Shown here in pieces: positions 60,846 through 64,000 of a DNA stretch of 64,000 bases. The DNA lies in NCBI GenBank assembly GCA_963810915.1, contig CAWEPH010000006.1, forward strand, positions 555,004-619,003. Direction: 5' to 3'. The position numbers and the translations under genes are program-made. The notes under the pieces were generated by a model. It was not told the origin of the DNA and searched no databases. It saw nothing but the letters and a program-made list of their open reading frames with translations. How positions within the stretch are numbered: position 1 is the first letter of the stretch; each line of letters opens with the position of its first letter. Source of the stretch: an uncultured Actinomycetes bacterium. GTDB taxonomy: Bacteria > Actinomycetota > UBA4738 > HRBIN12.

Positions 60846-62702
60846 TGTGCGGCCTCGCGGGCGTCCTGGGCGCCGGCCCCGCCGATCGCGACGCGCTCGA
60901 GCGCGCGCTGCAAGCGATCCGCCACCGCGGGCCCGACGAGCTGAACGTGTGGACCGAGGGCCGGGTCGGGCTCGCGCACGCACGGCTGTCGATCATCGAC
61001 CGCGCGCACGGATCGCAGCCGATGATCACGCCCGACGGCCGCTACGTCGTGGCCTTCAACGGCGAGATCTACAACCATCACGAGCTGCGCGCGGACCTCG
61101 TGCGGCGCGGATACCCGATGCGGACCGCCTGCGACACCGAGATCCTCCCCTCGCTCTACGCGGCGGACGGCCCGGCCATGGTGGAGCGCCTGCGCGGGAT
61201 GTTCGCGTTCGCCGTCGTGGACCTGCACGAGCGCGAGGTCTTCCTCGCGCGCGACGGCTTCGGCAAGAAGCCGCTCTACGCGGCGCCCTCGCGCGACGCG
61301 ATCGCCTTCGGCTCGACCCTCGACGCCGTGCTGCCGCTCCTGGCCACCTCGCCCGACCTGGACCCCCAGACCGTGGCCGAGTACCTGGTGCTGCAGTACG
61401 TGCCGGCCGAGCGCACGCCGTGGGCGGGGGTGGAGAAGATCCCGCCGGGCCACTGGATGCGCTGGCGTGACGGACACGTCGAGCGTCACCGCTACTGGGC
61501 GCCGCCCCCGCCGCTCGTGCGCGAGCAGAGCGCCGACGTGGCGCGCGTGCGCGCGGAGGTGCGCGAGCGGATCCGCGGGGCGGTCGAACGGCGCCTGGAG
61601 AGCGAGGTGCCGCTGGGGGTGTTCCTGAGCGGCGGGCTCGACTCCTCCGTCGTCGTGGCGGAGATGGCCGCGCTCGGCCTCAAGGCGCAGACGTACGCGG
61701 TGGGCTTCGAGCAGGACGACCTCGACGAGCGGCCCTACGCCGAGATGGTGGCGCGTCGGTTCGAGACCGACCACCACGTGCTGGTGCCCGAGACCGACGT
61801 GCCCGCGCTCTTCGCGCGGATGACCCAGGCCTACGACGAGCCGTTCGCGGACTCGTCGGCGCTCGCCACGCTGGCCGTGGCCGAGGCGGCCTCGCACCAC
61901 GTCACGGTGGTCCTCACCGGGGACGGGGGCGACGAGCTCTTCGGCGGCTACGACCGCTACCGGGCGCACGCCATGGCGCGGCGGATCGGCGAGCGGCTCG
62001 GCCCGCTCACGCGCCCCACGGTGGCGGTGGGCCGCGGCGCCGCGCGCCTGGCGCACAACGACCGGGCGGTGGCCGCGGCCGCGTTCGTCGGCGATCCGTG
62101 GGCCGGGTATCGCGACCACCTCTTCCACTTCCAGCCCGCGGGAGCTGGGCGGCCTGCTCACCGCCAACGGGAGCCTCGATCCGCAGGCTCCCCTGCGGCG
62201 CCTCGACGATCTCTGGGCCACCGAGGACGGGCGCCGCTGGATGCCCTGGCTCGACGCGCAGACCTACCTCCCCGACGACCTGCTCACCAAGATGGACCGC
62301 GCCACGATGGCCTTCGGGGTGGAGGCGCGCTCCCCGCTCTTGGACGAGGACCTCTGGGCCTACGTGGCCGGGCTGCCGCGACCGCTGCTGATGGATCACC
62401 GCCGCGGGAAGAAGATCCTGCGCGAGGCCTACCGCGACGTGCTGCCCGAGCCGATCCTCACCCGGGCGAAGCGCGGCTTCGGCGTGCCCGTCGCCGCGTG
62501 GATGCGCACGCACCTGCGCGAGACCGTGGGCGACCTGCTGCTCGCGCCGTCCACGCTCCTGGACGGGCTCCTCGACCCCGCGGCCACGCGCACCCTCGTC
62601 GAGGGCTTCCTGGAGGGCGACGACCGGCGGACCACCCGGGTGTGGAACCTCCTGGCGCTCGCCGGGTGGTACGACCGGCGGCGCGGACCCTCGGGAGCCT
62701 GA
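60845..62702 (+). pseudogene. asnB: asparagine synthase (glutamine-hydrolysing) family amidotransferase, one frameshift as sequenced (about 62133)
   Basis: MCGLAG N-terminal nucleophile. PP-loop FLSGGLDSS. The junction reads HLFHFQP(A) / [18 protein letters not shown]...[26 protein letters not shown].... TGATG overlap with the preceding gene. Confidence 0.85.
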
Positions 62703-62703
62703 C

Positions 62704-64000
62704 GTGCAGGACCAGACCGAGCTCCTCGCGACGCTCGAACGCTCGACCCGCACCGGCGTGCACGTGATCGGCCTGCGCGTGGCGACCTACGCGATCGGCT
62801 TCGCGGGCAGCATCCTGATCGCGCGCGCGGTGGGGCCCGAGGGGCGCGGACGCTACGTCCTGCCGCTCGCGGTGCTCGCGATCGTGTTCACGATCGGGAA
62901 CCTCGGGCTGGAGCACGCGCAGATCTACCTGGCCGGGCGGAAGGTGCCCCTCACGGCGCTGTGGGCGAACGCGACGTTCGTCGGGGTCGTGGCCGCGCTC
63001 GTCGTGTGGGCGCTGGCCGCCCTCGTCCTGCTCTCCCCCGCCGGCGCCGCCGCGGACTCGCCGACCAGCTGGCTGCTCGTGGCGCTCGTCCAACTCCCGC
63101 TGATGCTCCACATCCTCTACTGGCTGAACATCCTGCAGCTCGCGGGGCGCGTGCGGGCGGGCGTGGCCGCCAGCGCGGTGGCCGCGGCCGCGCAGACGGT
63201 GGCGGTGGTCGCACTCTTCGTCGACCCACGGGCTCACGCCGTTCCGGGTCCTGGTCCTCACCGCGATCACCACCGGCATCACGTGGGCTCGTGGTGCTCG
63301 CGATCGGCTGGCGCTCGGGGCTGGTCTCGCTGCGCGTCGATCGTGCGCAGCCTGCGCGCGGGGCTGCGCTTCGGCCTCAAGGCGCAGCTCGGCATCGTGT
63401 TCGTCTTCCTCCTGCTGCGCGTGGACCAGGTGATGGTCCAGCGGATCCTGGGGTTCGAGGCGCTCGGGCTGTACTCGCTCGCGGTCACGCTCGCGGAGCT
63501 GCTCTGGCTCCTGTCCGACCCGTTCGCCGCGGCGCTGCTGCCCTACCAGGTGCGCGCCGACGGCGAACGACGACGTGCGCCTCGGCTACGCCACGGCGCG
63601 CCTGTCGCTGCTGCTGGTCTCCGGCGTCGCGGCGCTGCGCGTGGGTCGCGAGTCCCTGGCTGATCCGCCTCGCGTTCGGCGCGGGGTTCGACGGCGCGAT
63701 CTGGCCGTTCCGGCTGCTGCTGCCCGGCATCGTGGCGCTCGCGATCCAGCGACCGCTCGCGGGCGTGCTGCTGAAGCGCGGACGTCCCGGCCTGGTGAGC
63801 TGCTTCGGCGCGCGGCGCGCTGGCACTGAACGTGGTCGCTGAACCTGGTGCTGCTCGCCCGGATCGGCGTGGTGGCCGCCTCGATCGGCTCGAGCGTCAC
63901 CTACGTCGTCCTCGCCGGCGGCCTACGTGATCGCCACGCGGCGCAGCTCCGCGCCGACGCCCGTCCAGCTGATGCCTCGGCGCGCGGACCTGCGGCTGCT
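62704..64000 (+). pseudogene. polysaccharide flippase (MOP/Wzx-like), many frameshifts as sequenced, 3' end outside window
   Basis: GTG 62704. TM-rich pieces alternate between frames: ...YAIGFAGSILIARAVGPEGRGRYVL..., HGLTPFRVLVLTAITTGITW, LVVLAIGWRSGLVSLRVD, SLRAGLRFGLKAQLGIVFVFLLLRVDQ..., VASPWLIRLAFGAGFDGAIWPFRLLLPGIVALAIQRPLAGVLLKRGRPG. Confidence 0.6.

Overview
Strongly GC-rich bacterial chromosome segment with G/C at most third codon positions. Gene order is actinobacterial in type: groES/groEL, tsaEBD-rimI, alr, glmS/glmM, rplM-rpsI. Almost all genes are on the minus strand.

Gene content, reading along the plus strand:
- 1-27.3 kb: groEL 5' end and groES behind a promoter plus perfect CIRCE operator. 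A small accessory block follows (methyltransferase, Tat-signal agmatine deiminase, GDP-mannose-3,5-epimerase-like enzyme, serine hydrolase, GalE-like epimerase). Then comes a tightly coupled string: tsaD-rimI-tsaB-tsaE-UDG-hydrolase-alr-nnr-acpS. After it: glmS, glmM, rtcB, rpsI-rplM, truA, and the alpha operon (no rpsD) down to adk.
- 27.3-41.4 kb: the spc, S10 and str operons (secY to rpsL).
- 41.9-47.2 kb: an insert of non-ribosomal genes (S53 peptidase, IMPase, methyltransferase, membrane protein).
- 47.2-54.7 kb: rpoC and rpoB.
- 54.9-64.0 kb: a cell-envelope glycan cluster (DUF4012-like protein, rmlC, WecA-type transferase, two GT1 glycosyltransferases, asnB-type amidotransferase, flippase).

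Most notable observations:
1. A 355-aa LAGLIDADG intein interrupts the family-4 uracil-DNA glycosylase immediately before a conserved cysteine.
2. Two sharply bounded patches (about 27.3-39.2 kb and 60.1-64.0 kb) carry dozens of 1-2 nt frame-breaking indels, best explained as insertions, in essential genes. About 48 kb of flanking sequence, including all of rpoB and rpoC, has none. The most likely cause is mosaic sequence quality, not biology, but this needs read-level checking.
3. uL24 appears to carry a CxxC...CxxC zinc-ribbon-like C-terminus.
4. uL13 carries an approximately 88-aa tail with AKK(T/S)T pentapeptide repeats.

I found no rRNA, tRNA, CRISPR array, transposase or recognisable defence system. 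I cannot support a claim of a new multi-gene system here.
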